Sequence record: ON529858.1
Length of the DNA stretch: 64,000 nucleotides
Reading direction: 5' to 3' (one strand)
The stretch's first letter is position 1, and each line of letters begins with the position of its first letter. The position numbers were made by a program, and so were the translations under genes. Positions 14,273 through 22,200 of the stretch are shown one piece after another. Under the pieces are notes generated by a model. It was not told the DNA's origin and made no database searches. It saw only the letters and a list, made by a program, of their open reading frames with translations.

Positions 14273-14347
14273 GCCGGCGACGCCTATTGGATGGGCGCCC
14301 GCCTTCTAAGCGGTCCTGGGTAGGTTCGAGTCCTTCCGCCGGCGCCA
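14273..14347 (+). tRNA. tRNA-Arg(TCT)
   Basis: CCGC-CTTCTAA-GCGG; acceptor GCCGGCG/CGCCGGC; GCCA end. Confidence 0.88.
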
Positions 14348-14384
14348 TAGTTCTTGACGCCGACCGCGTCACCCTCCATACATC

Positions 14385-14767
14385 TGCCAGGGCCTGTTCC
14401 TGGGCCTGGACTACGGAATGCGGGGACCTTTCGCGAGGGCGCCTTGGCGGACCGAAACCAGCAGATCGAACGCGGCTCGCCGTGGAGGTCTGAGGGAAAT
14501 CCGAAACCAGGGCCTTCCATCTCACCGACGACAACCTGGGGCATACGCCGGGTCGAGACGGGACACGGGCCGGTGCCGCTATGGACGGCCCCCGAAGGAA
14601 GCGACGACCGTGCCGCGTCGCCCTGCGCGGTCGTCACTATTCTAGCGGCCCGTCCTTGAGAAAGACGGGGTTGAGAGGCACGGAACGCGGTTCACCCCCG
14701 CCGCCCAAGGCAGACGGATCGGAAATGCAGCCACGCTACGGCCGATCCCCGCTCTCATATTTTTTTT
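14385..14767 (+). ncRNA. Candidate ~380-nt structured ncRNA
   Basis: Preceded by TTGACG-N17-CATACA; long-range helix 14441-14450/14701-14711 with internal hairpins; ends at a T8 tract; no credible ORF. Confidence 0.5.
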
Positions 14768-14778
14768 GACGCTACCCG

Positions 14779-14928
14779 TTGACAAGGTCCGGGTAGGGTT
14801 CTACAACCCCATTCGTGAGCACGGCAATACCACGGGCGCCCGCCAATCGGGTGAGGTAACGCTGGTCTCCTTTCATCCGTCGTCAGATGCACCCCGTCGG
14901 TCCCGTCCGGCGGGGTGTTTCGCTATTT
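14779..14928 (+). ncRNA. Candidate small RNA with its own promoter and terminator
   Basis: TTGACA(14779)-N17-TACAAC(14802); anti-Shine-Dalgarno-like TCTCCTTT at 14866; hairpin GCACCCCGTCGG/CCGGCGGGGTGT at 14889-14918 followed by T-rich sequence. Confidence 0.5.
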
Positions 14929-15038
14929 GGATGAACCGCTTACAACAGCACTCGTCAACGTCGTGAATCTTGACTTTCGCAGTGCGGTGTGCCAGGGTGC
15001 GGCTCACATCAACTGCTCAGAAGACGGGGTCCCAGAGC

Positions 15039-15428
15039 ATGTCGCAAGACAACCTCCAAGGATTCCCGGCGTCGCCCGGCGATCCGCTTATTGTCCGGAT
15101 GCTCGCTGAGATGCAGAGTTCGCAAACCCGCACGCGGGAAGATACGATCGAGATCAAGGGCGCCGTCAAGTCGATGTCCGAGGCGGTCACCCGCGTTGAG
15201 AAGCGCCAGGAGGCTTTCGAGAAGGAAGTTGACCAGCGGATCGAATCGGAGCACCGCAAGAACAACGCCAAGATGGTCGAGATCGCCCGCGAGGTGAAGA
15301 CGATCCGGGAAGAGCGCATCGCTGAGAAGGCTCAGTGGCGCGGCCCGGAAAAGGTCATCGGCATTCTGGTTCTGGTTGCGTCGGCGCTTGGCGCCATTGT
15401 GGCAATCAAGGCCTTCTTTTTCCCTTAA
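15039..15428 (+). CDS. Coiled-coil protein with C-terminal transmembrane helix (129 aa; holin/XhlA-like shape)
   Basis: Heptad-rich middle region; hydrophobic VIGILVLVASALGAIVAIKAFFF tail. Confidence 0.65.
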   Translation: MSQDNLQGFPASPGDPLIVRMLAEMQSSQTRTREDTIEIKGAVKSMSEAVTRVEKRQEAFEKEVDQRIESEHRKNNAKMVEIAREVKTIREERIAEKAQWRGPEKVIGILVLVASALGAIVAIKAFFFP

Positions 15429-15511
15429 TCGGACGTCGTCGATGTTGACGCTCTCACCCAAACGGGTTAACCACGGTCTAACAGTGGGGCTCCGGTTGGA
15501 GGGGAACAGAT

Positions 15512-15730
15512 TTGAACTCGGCGAGCGTCACAGAGGTTCCGCGTGAAGCGGTAAATAATGTGGTCATTGATGTTGAAGCCGCTCAAGAAGGCCTCATCAT
15601 GACCATGACCCAGATGGCAGAGATGTCGACTGGCGAAATGACGAAGGAAGTGCTGGACGATCTTCGGCGCCTGTATCACCAGATCGGCGCCGACCTCGCC
15701 CGTGTCGAAGTGGGGCTCAGTCAGACGTAA
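15512..15730 (+). CDS. Hypothetical protein (72 aa)
   Basis: GGAGG RBS before TTG; downstream of a conserved promoter motif at 15432-15450. Confidence 0.55.
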   Translation: MNSASVTEVPREAVNNVVIDVEAAQEGLIMTMTQMAEMSTGEMTKEVLDDLRRLYHQIGADLARVEVGLSQT

Positions 15731-15755
15731 CCTGTTTCCTTGAAAGGGAGCGACG

Positions 15756-16640
15756 TTGTCCGACGACAGCCAGAGCCAACACACCGCCGAGAACCCGGTC
15801 TTCGAACCTCGTTCTCCCTCTCCCAAGGCCGCCAAGCGCCAAGCGAAGCGAGCCGACAAGACGGCCAAGTCCCTGCCGCCCGGTCATCTCAAGCCCCTCG
15901 TGGCGAAGACCGAGAAGCAGAAGCGCTACATCCAGGCGCTGACCAACGGTGATAGCGCGTTCGCCGTCGGCGGCGCCGGCACTGGCAAGACCTACATCGC
16001 CGGCCGCAAGGCCGCTCGCGCCCTCGTCGAGGGTCGTGTCGAGAAGATCATCCTGACCCGCGTGACCGTGTCGTCGCCGCGCCATGCCCTGGGCTTCCTG
16101 CCCGGCAAGCTGGAGCAGAAGATGGCCCCGTGGATTCAGCCCATGATCGACGGCATCCGGGACGAAGTCTCGCCCGCCACGCTGGAACAGTGGACCGCCG
16201 CCGGCAAGTTCGAGGTGGTCGCATTCGAGCACATGCGCGGACGCACCTTCCGCGACAGCTTCGTCATCCTCGACGAGGCCCAGAACGCCACCTACGGCGA
16301 CCTCCAACTCTTCCTGACCCGGATCGGCGAGAACGCCCAGGTCGTCGTCACCGGCGACATGGACCAGATCGACATCCGTGACTCGGGCCTCGAACGCATC
16401 CTCAACCTCTGCGACCAGAATGACGTGCCGATGCACATCATCGAGTTCGGCGAGGAAGACGTCGTGCGCTCGCCCATGGCGAAGGCCTGGGTCAAGGCCT
16501 TCGGCGCCGACAAGCGCCTGAAGGCGGCCAACCAGGACGCTCCGGAAGGGTCTCGACAAGCGGCGGCAGACGTCGCGAATCTTGACACACTGCCGGGTTT
16601 CGTGGTTAATGGCGGTCGTCGCGAACTCGTCGCGGCCTAA
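15756..16640 (+). CDS. phoH: PhoH family ATPase (294 aa)
   Basis: GGAGTGKT Walker A; GFLPG.LEQKM.PW; MRGRTF, ILDEAQN, TRIGEN, GDMDQID. Confidence 0.95.
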   Translation: MSDDSQSQHTAENPVFEPRSPSPKAAKRQAKRADKTAKSLPPGHLKPLVAKTEKQKRYIQALTNGDSAFAVGGAGTGKTYIAGRKAARALVEGRVEKIILTRVTVSSPRHALGFLPGKLEQKMAPWIQPMIDGIRDEVSPATLEQWTAAGKFEVVAFEHMRGRTFRDSFVILDEAQNATYGDLQLFLTRIGENAQVVVTGDMDQIDIRDSGLERILNLCDQNDVPMHIIEFGEEDVVRSPMAKAWVKAFGADKRLKAANQDAPEGSRQAAADVANLDTLPGFVVNGGRRELVAA

Positions 16641-16660
16641 CTTCTCCAGGCTCCCACGAG

Positions 16661-17182
16661 ATGGCATTTTCCTTCGTAGTTGAAACCGGCATGGGCGACA
16701 GCGACGCCACGTCCTATGTGGACGTGGACTTCGCTGACGACTACGTCGAGTCCAACATCCACGCCTCCGACTCCTGGCTCGCCCTGGAAGAAGAGGACAA
16801 GCAGCGGCTGCTCGTGCGGTCGTCCCGCTACATCGACCGCATGGTCGAGTGGAACGGTGAGCGTGTCGACGGAGACTCCGGTCTCCGTTGGCCGCGCGCC
16901 GGCGTCTACGACATGGACGGCTTCGTCATCCATGACGACTCCATCCCTCGCGCGCTGAAGGAAGCGGTCTGCGAGTTCGCCACCTACCTGATGTCCGACG
17001 ACTGGACCGCGCCCCAGGGCTCGCGGGGCCTGAAGGAAATCCAGGTCGACGTCATCGAACTGAAGTTCGACGACACCTTCGTCCGGGGCTCGATGCCGGA
17101 CTTCATCATGCAACTGCTGGAAGGCCTGGGCGTCGTCAAGACCGGCCGCCGTCCCGCCTTCAAGAAGATCATCCGCCACTAA
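16661..17182 (+). CDS. Head-tail adaptor (DnaT-like ssDNA-binding family) (173 aa)
   Basis: FVVETG.G..ATSYV.V..AD.Y start, LRWPR, IP..LKEAVCE.A; first gene of the joining module. Confidence 0.75.
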   Translation: MAFSFVVETGMGDSDATSYVDVDFADDYVESNIHASDSWLALEEEDKQRLLVRSSRYIDRMVEWNGERVDGDSGLRWPRAGVYDMDGFVIHDDSIPRALKEAVCEFATYLMSDDWTAPQGSRGLKEIQVDVIELKFDDTFVRGSMPDFIMQLLEGLGVVKTGRRPAFKKIIRH

Positions 17183-17568
17183 TGTCCATGCGCGCGATGA
17201 TCGGCCGTCAGGTCCAGAACGCCTTCCGCCAGTTGGGTGACATCCCGGTTGCGTGCGACTACGTTCACCTGACCGGCGGCGAGACCCGCGACATCGAAGC
17301 CGGCGTCACCACCCCCAACACCGTCACCTACGCCGTGCCCCTGGTCGTCAAGGCCAAGTTCGTCGAGAAGGAGATCGACAAGCACGTCGACGTCTCCACC
17401 GACATGAAGATGCTGATGCCGCGACTGGACCTCAACAAGGCCGTCGTCGATCCCCGCACCTCCGACAAGATCATCGAGAAGAAGAACGGCCGCCTCTGGG
17501 AGGTCGTGCGCCTGCTGTCCGATCCCGCCGACGCCTGCCTGATCTTCCACGTCCGGACCGTCCGGTAG
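17182..17568 (+). CDS. Putative head-tail joining/closure protein (128 aa)
   Basis: Position, size, coupled start. Confidence 0.65.
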   Translation: MSMRAMIGRQVQNAFRQLGDIPVACDYVHLTGGETRDIEAGVTTPNTVTYAVPLVVKAKFVEKEIDKHVDVSTDMKMLMPRLDLNKAVVDPRTSDKIIEKKNGRLWEVVRLLSDPADACLIFHVRTVR

Positions 17569-18047
17569 TGGCGCGGCGCGCTGGCGGCTCCAAGCTGTCC
17601 TTCTACACGGACGGCAACCTGGAGGCCGCCTTCAAGCGGCTGATGAACAAGGCCGTCGACCAATACGACGAAGCGCTGGACAAGAAGATGATCCGGCTGA
17701 ACGAACTGATCCTTTCGCGCACGCCCGTCTGGGAAGGCGACACGATCCACAACTGGCGCTGGAGCACCAGAGCCCCGGACTTCCGGCACGAGGCCCCTGT
17801 GGGCGTCCCCCTGGATACCGGATACACGGGACGTCTGGCCCTAGGCGATGAGCCCCGGCGCCGCGCAAACGAGACTAGGCCCCGCCAATCGCTGCGGGGC
17901 GCTCTGCGGGCTCGTGAGCCGGTGGACATCTACCTGACCAACTCGTCGGACACGGCGGCCCTGGTCGAATACGGGCTCGCGCCCACGCCGACCCTCTCGC
18001 GATCGCGAGGCGCCCTGCGTCTGTCGATCAAGGAGGTGTTCGGATGA
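17568..18047 (+). CDS. Putative neck/tail completion protein (159 aa)
   Basis: GTG overlapping the upstream TAG; RTPVWEG..IHNW and IYLTNS motifs resemble HK97 gp10-like proteins. Confidence 0.6.
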   Translation: MARRAGGSKLSFYTDGNLEAAFKRLMNKAVDQYDEALDKKMIRLNELILSRTPVWEGDTIHNWRWSTRAPDFRHEAPVGVPLDTGYTGRLALGDEPRRRANETRPRQSLRGALRAREPVDIYLTNSSDTAALVEYGLAPTPTLSRSRGALRLSIKEVFG

Positions 18048-18119
18048 TCGCGGCCCAAATCTTGCTGCCCGGTCTGCTGATGCGCGCCTGGGTCTCTTTC
18101 TGGCTGGGAGGGTCGGACG

Positions 18120-18569
18120 ATGAATGAACATGACATGCTCCGCCAAGTGCTGGAGCAACAGGCCCTGGCTCTGGTCGGACCGCTGAACATGAAGCTGGTG
18201 CTGGACAACGACGACTTCGTCCAGCCCAAGGACGGCAAGGTCTGGTCCGAGTTCTGGTTCGAGACCGGCAAGACCACGGCCACCACCGGCGGCGGCGCCA
18301 AGGGCTGGGAGCGCACCTCGGGTGTGCTTCAGTTCACGCTCAAGTGCCCCGAGAACACCGGCAACGGCCCGCTGCTGAAGGTGGCCGCCGCGATCAAGCG
18401 CGCCTTCAATCGCAAGCAGTGGAACGTCCCGCCCGAGGGCTACGTCAGCCTCGACCCCGTTTCGGTCCAGGCCCACGGCAAGCCGATGGGCGGGCTCTAT
18501 CACGTCATCGTCGACGCGACCTTCTGGTTCCACCACCGCGACACCGCCGCGCCCGAGTTCTACGAGTAG
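18120..18569 (+). CDS. Putative tail terminator protein (149 aa)
   Basis: GGAGG RBS; ERTSGVLQFTL..P..TG pattern; position before the tail tube gene. Confidence 0.65.
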   Translation: MNEHDMLRQVLEQQALALVGPLNMKLVLDNDDFVQPKDGKVWSEFWFETGKTTATTGGGAKGWERTSGVLQFTLKCPENTGNGPLLKVAAAIKRAFNRKQWNVPPEGYVSLDPVSVQAHGKPMGGLYHVIVDATFWFHHRDTAAPEFYE

Positions 18570-18572
18570 ATC

Positions 18573-18821
18573 ATGGCCTCGGTTCTCGATCTCCCCGCCG
18601 AAGGTTTCGACCGTCGCAAGCCGCTGTTCCGTCTGTTCGAGATGGAGAACGGCACGCTCGAATGGTATGAAGTGTTCAGCCAGACCAACGCGCCCGGCCG
18701 GCGCCTGTCGCCCGCGTGCGAGGCCCAGGTCTGGCGTCATGTCGCCAAGGCGACGTGGCGGCAAGGCTTCTGGGAAGCATTCGCCCAGCACCGGAAGGCC
18801 ACCGTCTATGAAGACTCTTGA
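18573..18821 (+). CDS. Hypothetical protein (82 aa)
   Basis: Tightly packed; phage-like codon usage. Confidence 0.6.
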   Translation: MASVLDLPAEGFDRRKPLFRLFEMENGTLEWYEVFSQTNAPGRRLSPACEAQVWRHVAKATWRQGFWEAFAQHRKATVYEDS

Positions 18822-19152
18822 AGCCCTCCGCTGCGGCTACGCCAATGCCTGCACCTCCGCCGCCCACACTATCACCACGCCCCTCGCCGGCGTCATCTTC
18901 GCCGGCTTCTCGATCGGCTGGATGACCTGGGCGCTGCTGAACCACGCCGTGATCGGCTGGGATGGCGTGGCGACCATCGCCTCGCTCGCCTTCGTGGTGA
19001 TCCTCCAGGCGTCGCAGAACACGGACAGCAAGGGCCTTCACGCCAAGCTGGACGCCATCATTGCGGCCCTGCCCGAGGCCGATGACCGCTTCAAGCGGAT
19101 CGAGGAACGGACCGAAGAAGAGATCGAACAGGCCCGTCTAGCGGCCACCTGA
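18808..19152 (+). CDS. Low-affinity iron permease family small membrane protein (114 aa)
   Basis: Two hydrophobic helices followed by ILQASQNTDSKGLHAKLDAII, resembling the family signature LIQ.TQNRD..ALQ.KLDELI. Confidence 0.7.
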   Translation: MKTLEALRCGYANACTSAAHTITTPLAGVIFAGFSIGWMTWALLNHAVIGWDGVATIASLAFVVILQASQNTDSKGLHAKLDAIIAALPEADDRFKRIEERTEEEIEQARLAAT

Positions 19153-19158
19153 TCTCAG

Positions 19159-19207
19159 GTCAATACGATTCACGACCTCAAACGTCGTGAATCTTGACAT
19201 TAACCAT
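19159..19207 (+). promoter_or_regulatory. Promoter motif (with an inverted second copy) upstream of the major tail gene; TTAACCAT half-site
   Basis: AACGTCGTGAATCTTGACA at 19181-19199; reverse-oriented GTCGTGAATC upstream; TTAACCAT at 19200-19207. Confidence 0.65.
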
Positions 19208-19300
19208 CTCTTGCGCTAGGGTCCACTCACTCGCGGAGGCGGCCGGGTCGGTCACGCATCTCCCCGTCCGTCCAACCGAACCGAGAGTGGTGATCCCAAC

Positions 19301-21139
19301 ATGGTCGCAATCTTTGCCGACTCCAACCGCGCGCGTATGCGCTACATCAAGGAATCCGACGTCGCCTGGGGTGTGACCCCCGCGTCGGGCCGTGCGCGCG
19401 AACTGCGCTTCACGTCGTCCTCCATCAACGCCCAGAAGAACACCACGGTTTCCGAGGAAATCCGTGCTGACCGCATGGTGTCGGAAAACGTCGAAGTCGG
19501 CGCGAACACGACCGGCGAAGTCGGCATCGAGTTCTCGGCCGGCTCGCACGACGACTTCATGGAGTCGTTCATGTTCGGCGCCTGGACCCGTCCGATGACC
19601 TTCGACTCGATCGAAGGCCCGTCGCTCGAATGGGGCGCCGCCGACACCCTCTACGTCAAGGGCAAGGACGTCACCGACCTGTTCGACGCCGGCAAGCGCA
19701 TCCGCACCCACGGGTTCGGCCTGCCCGCCAACAACGACTATTTCGAGATCGACACGATCACCTTCAACGCCGGCTCGAACCGGACCGAGATCGTGGTCAC
19801 CGTCGCCTCGGCTGAACTGGAACGCGGTTCGTCCTACACCGCCCTGTTCGACGCCAACGACGTCATCGTCCTGAAGAACGAAGACATCCGCGCGGGCACC
19901 GCCGGCGCCTCGACGTTCGACTCGAACGGCACGGACGCCTTCGCCGCCGCCATCGCCGCCGGCCAACTGGTCGCCGGTCAAAAGGTCTGGGTCGAAGGCC
20001 TGGGCTACGGCGTCGGCACCGTCACGATCACCACCGCTCCGCCCGTCGCCGGCGCTCGCGTCACCGTCTTCGACGGCGTCAAGACCGTGATCTTCCAGTG
20101 GGGCGGTTCCGCTCCGCAGAACGTCACGATCGTGCCGATCGGCGCGAACCTGACGGCCTCGGCCGCCAACCTCGCCGCCGCGATCAACACCAAGCGCGTG
20201 CGTGGTCTGCTCAACGTCTCGGCCACGTCCGCCGTCGGCGCCGTGACCCTGAAGAACCTGAACCGCATCGGCGGCTCGATCGCCGAAACCGTCGCCGACG
20301 CCAACGTCGCCGTCGTGACCTTCGCTGATGGCGACGCCACCCTGGGCGGCGTCTACACCATCGAGTCCGCGACCGACGACGTCCTCACGGTCTCGCCGGC
20401 TCCGGCCACCAACGCCAACGCCGGCACGCTCGGCGTGACCATCAAGGGCTCCATGCTTCGGAACCCCGGCAACCCGGACGACATCGTCCCGCAGTCGTTC
20501 ACGATCGAAACGGCTCAGGAAGACGTCGACCAGTTCTTCATCGCCGATGGTCTGCGCGTGGGCTCCTTCGCCTTCAACGTCGCCGCCAACTCGATCCTGA
20601 CCGGCTCGTATTCGTTCCAGGGCCGGGCCACCACCCGCCAGGGTTCGACCAAGCTGGGTGACGATCTCGCCTACACGACCCTGCCGACGACCGCCACGCC
20701 TGTCGCCAACGCGACCGTGAACGTCGGTCAGATCGTCATGAACGGCGAAGAACTGTCGACCGCCCTCCAGTCGATCACGCTGAACGGCAACAACAACCTG
20801 CGCGACCAGAACGCGGTTGGCTACAAGTTCCCCGCCGGCATCGGCGCGGGCCGCATGGAGATCACCGGTTCGCTGGTGGCCTACTTCGCCAACGGCGACC
20901 TGTGGGACAAGTTCATCGAGCACCAGACGGTGTCGGTGGCCTTCCGCCTCCAGGACGTCAAGGGTCACCGCTACGAGTTCACGATCCCGGCCGCCAACTT
21001 CGGCACCGACACCGTGAACCCCGCCGGCGGCAACCAGGACATCATGGAGAACCTGGAGTTCATGGCGAAGCGTGACCCGGTCACGGAATGCCAAATCCAG
21101 ATCGACCGCTTCTCCTGCGTTCTGCCGACCACCGCCTAA
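19301..21139 (+). CDS. Major tail tube protein (612 aa)
   Basis: N-terminal YIKESDVAWGVTP, LRFTSSS, EEIRADR; C-terminal ITGSLVAYF and YEFTIP typical of phage tail tube family 3; central inserted domain. Confidence 0.88.
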   Translation: MVAIFADSNRARMRYIKESDVAWGVTPASGRARELRFTSSSINAQKNTTVSEEIRADRMVSENVEVGANTTGEVGIEFSAGSHDDFMESFMFGAWTRPMTFDSIEGPSLEWGAADTLYVKGKDVTDLFDAGKRIRTHGFGLPANNDYFEIDTITFNAGSNRTEIVVTVASAELERGSSYTALFDANDVIVLKNEDIRAGTAGASTFDSNGTDAFAAAIAAGQLVAGQKVWVEGLGYGVGTVTITTAPPVAGARVTVFDGVKTVIFQWGGSAPQNVTIVPIGANLTASAANLAAAINTKRVRGLLNVSATSAVGAVTLKNLNRIGGSIAETVADANVAVVTFADGDATLGGVYTIESATDDVLTVSPAPATNANAGTLGVTIKGSMLRNPGNPDDIVPQSFTIETAQEDVDQFFIADGLRVGSFAFNVAANSILTGSYSFQGRATTRQGSTKLGDDLAYTTLPTTATPVANATVNVGQIVMNGEELSTALQSITLNGNNNLRDQNAVGYKFPAGIGAGRMEITGSLVAYFANGDLWDKFIEHQTVSVAFRLQDVKGHRYEFTIPAANFGTDTVNPAGGNQDIMENLEFMAKRDPVTECQIQIDRFSCVLPTTA

Positions 21140-21340
21140 GCCTTCCCCGCCTGGGGGCGCGCCCCCAGGCACCTCTCCCGCTCCGGCGGGGGAGCCCCAT
21201 TCGCCCGGCGGTCCCCTCCGCCCGGCGCATAAGACCACCCCGACTGCTTTGGGTTTTCCCAGAGTCTCACCGGTGAGCAGGACGCGCGAGGAGTCGGGGC
21301 CTCGCGCGTCCACCCACCCAAACCCCGAAAGAAAATCATC

Positions 21341-21757
21341 ATGAGCACCGACGCTCTCGACCTGTTTGAACTGTTCTCCGCCGACAAGGAATCCGAAGAG
21401 GAAGGCCGCTGGGTCGACCTCAACGACGTCACCGGCTTCAAGATTCGTGCTTTCGGCGCCAAGCAGGTCATCGACCTGCGCGAGAAGCTGATGCGCCCCT
21501 ACGCCAACCTCCAGCGCGCGAACCTGCCGATCCCGGCGGACAAGAACGAAGAGGTCGGTCTGCGGGTCATCGCCGGCGCCGTCCTGGCCGACTGGAAGGG
21601 TGTGAAGATCGACGGTGAACTCGTCGAATACACCCCCGAGAACGCCTACAAGCTGCTGAAGAGCCTGAACCGTCTGGCGAACTTCATCATCTCGGCGTCC
21701 ATGGACAGCCAGAACTTCCGGGACGACCTGCGCACGGATGGCGCGGGAAACTCCTAA
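21341..21757 (+). CDS. Tail assembly chaperone (138 aa)
   Basis: Between tail tube and tape measure; EEEGRWV, FKIRA, VLADWKGV motifs. Confidence 0.8.
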   Translation: MSTDALDLFELFSADKESEEEGRWVDLNDVTGFKIRAFGAKQVIDLREKLMRPYANLQRANLPIPADKNEEVGLRVIAGAVLADWKGVKIDGELVEYTPENAYKLLKSLNRLANFIISASMDSQNFRDDLRTDGAGNS

Positions 21758-22194
21758 AGGCTCTGGAACACACCCTCGCTAACTCCGGCGGCTCCAAGGT
21801 GGAGCAGGACCGGAGGGCTTGGTTGGAAAGCGTAAAGGCGGCCCAGGCCGGAGGTGATACCTCCGACCTGGACGCCGAACTCGACGAGGAACCGGACGAC
21901 CCGGAGCCGGCCGGTAACCAGCCCTTCCCAGACTTGATGTGGGCCTGGGACGGCTTTTGGCGCCTCTCGAACAAGCGACCCCAGGGCTTCAACGGCCCTC
22001 TGCGCATCCCCCTTACCGAGATCGAGTCCTTCGCGCGTCTGAAGGGCTGGGATCACGAGAAGCGCAACGATTTTCTCTTCTACGTCGACAAGCTGGACGA
22101 GGCCTACATGGTCCACGTCGCAGCCGAGATCAAGAAGCAGGAAGACGCCACCAAGATCAACGCCGGACAGCCGCCCCCGAAGGGACGGCGGTAG
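21745..22194 (+). CDS. Tail assembly chaperone -1 frameshift extension (G-GT type)
   Basis: Slippery G-GGA-AAC at 21745-21751; the -1 frame is open to 22194 and encodes WDGFWRLSNKRPQGF.GP.RIP.TEI. Confidence 0.78.
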   Translation, partial: GKLLKALEHTLANSGGSKVEQDRRAWLESVKAAQAGGDTSDLDAELDEEPDDPEPAGNQPFPDLMWAWDGFWRLSNKRPQGFNGPLRIPLTEIESFARLKGWDHEKRNDFLFYVDKLDEAYMVHVAAEIKKQEDATKINAGQPPPKGRR

Positions 22195-22200
22195 GGGACC

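Noticed and set aside
9321-14347. Suppressor (CTA/TCA/TTA) or selenocysteine tRNA and genetic-code reassignment
   Set aside because: No such anticodon found; genes end normally at TAA, TAG and TGA.
9297-14637. Many short ORFs in the track overlapping the tRNA island
   Set aside because: They overlap clear tRNA cloverleaves. Only the three promoter-proximal leader ORFs and def were retained.
14441-14711. Firm RNase P RNA call
   Set aside because: CR-I and CR-V only loosely matched, P4 has about 6 bp with a 2-nt bulge, and CR-IV/P2 spacing does not fit; kept only as an unclassified ncRNA.
15039-15428. Definite holin call
   Set aside because: Only the topology is suggestive and it lies far from the lysis cassette.
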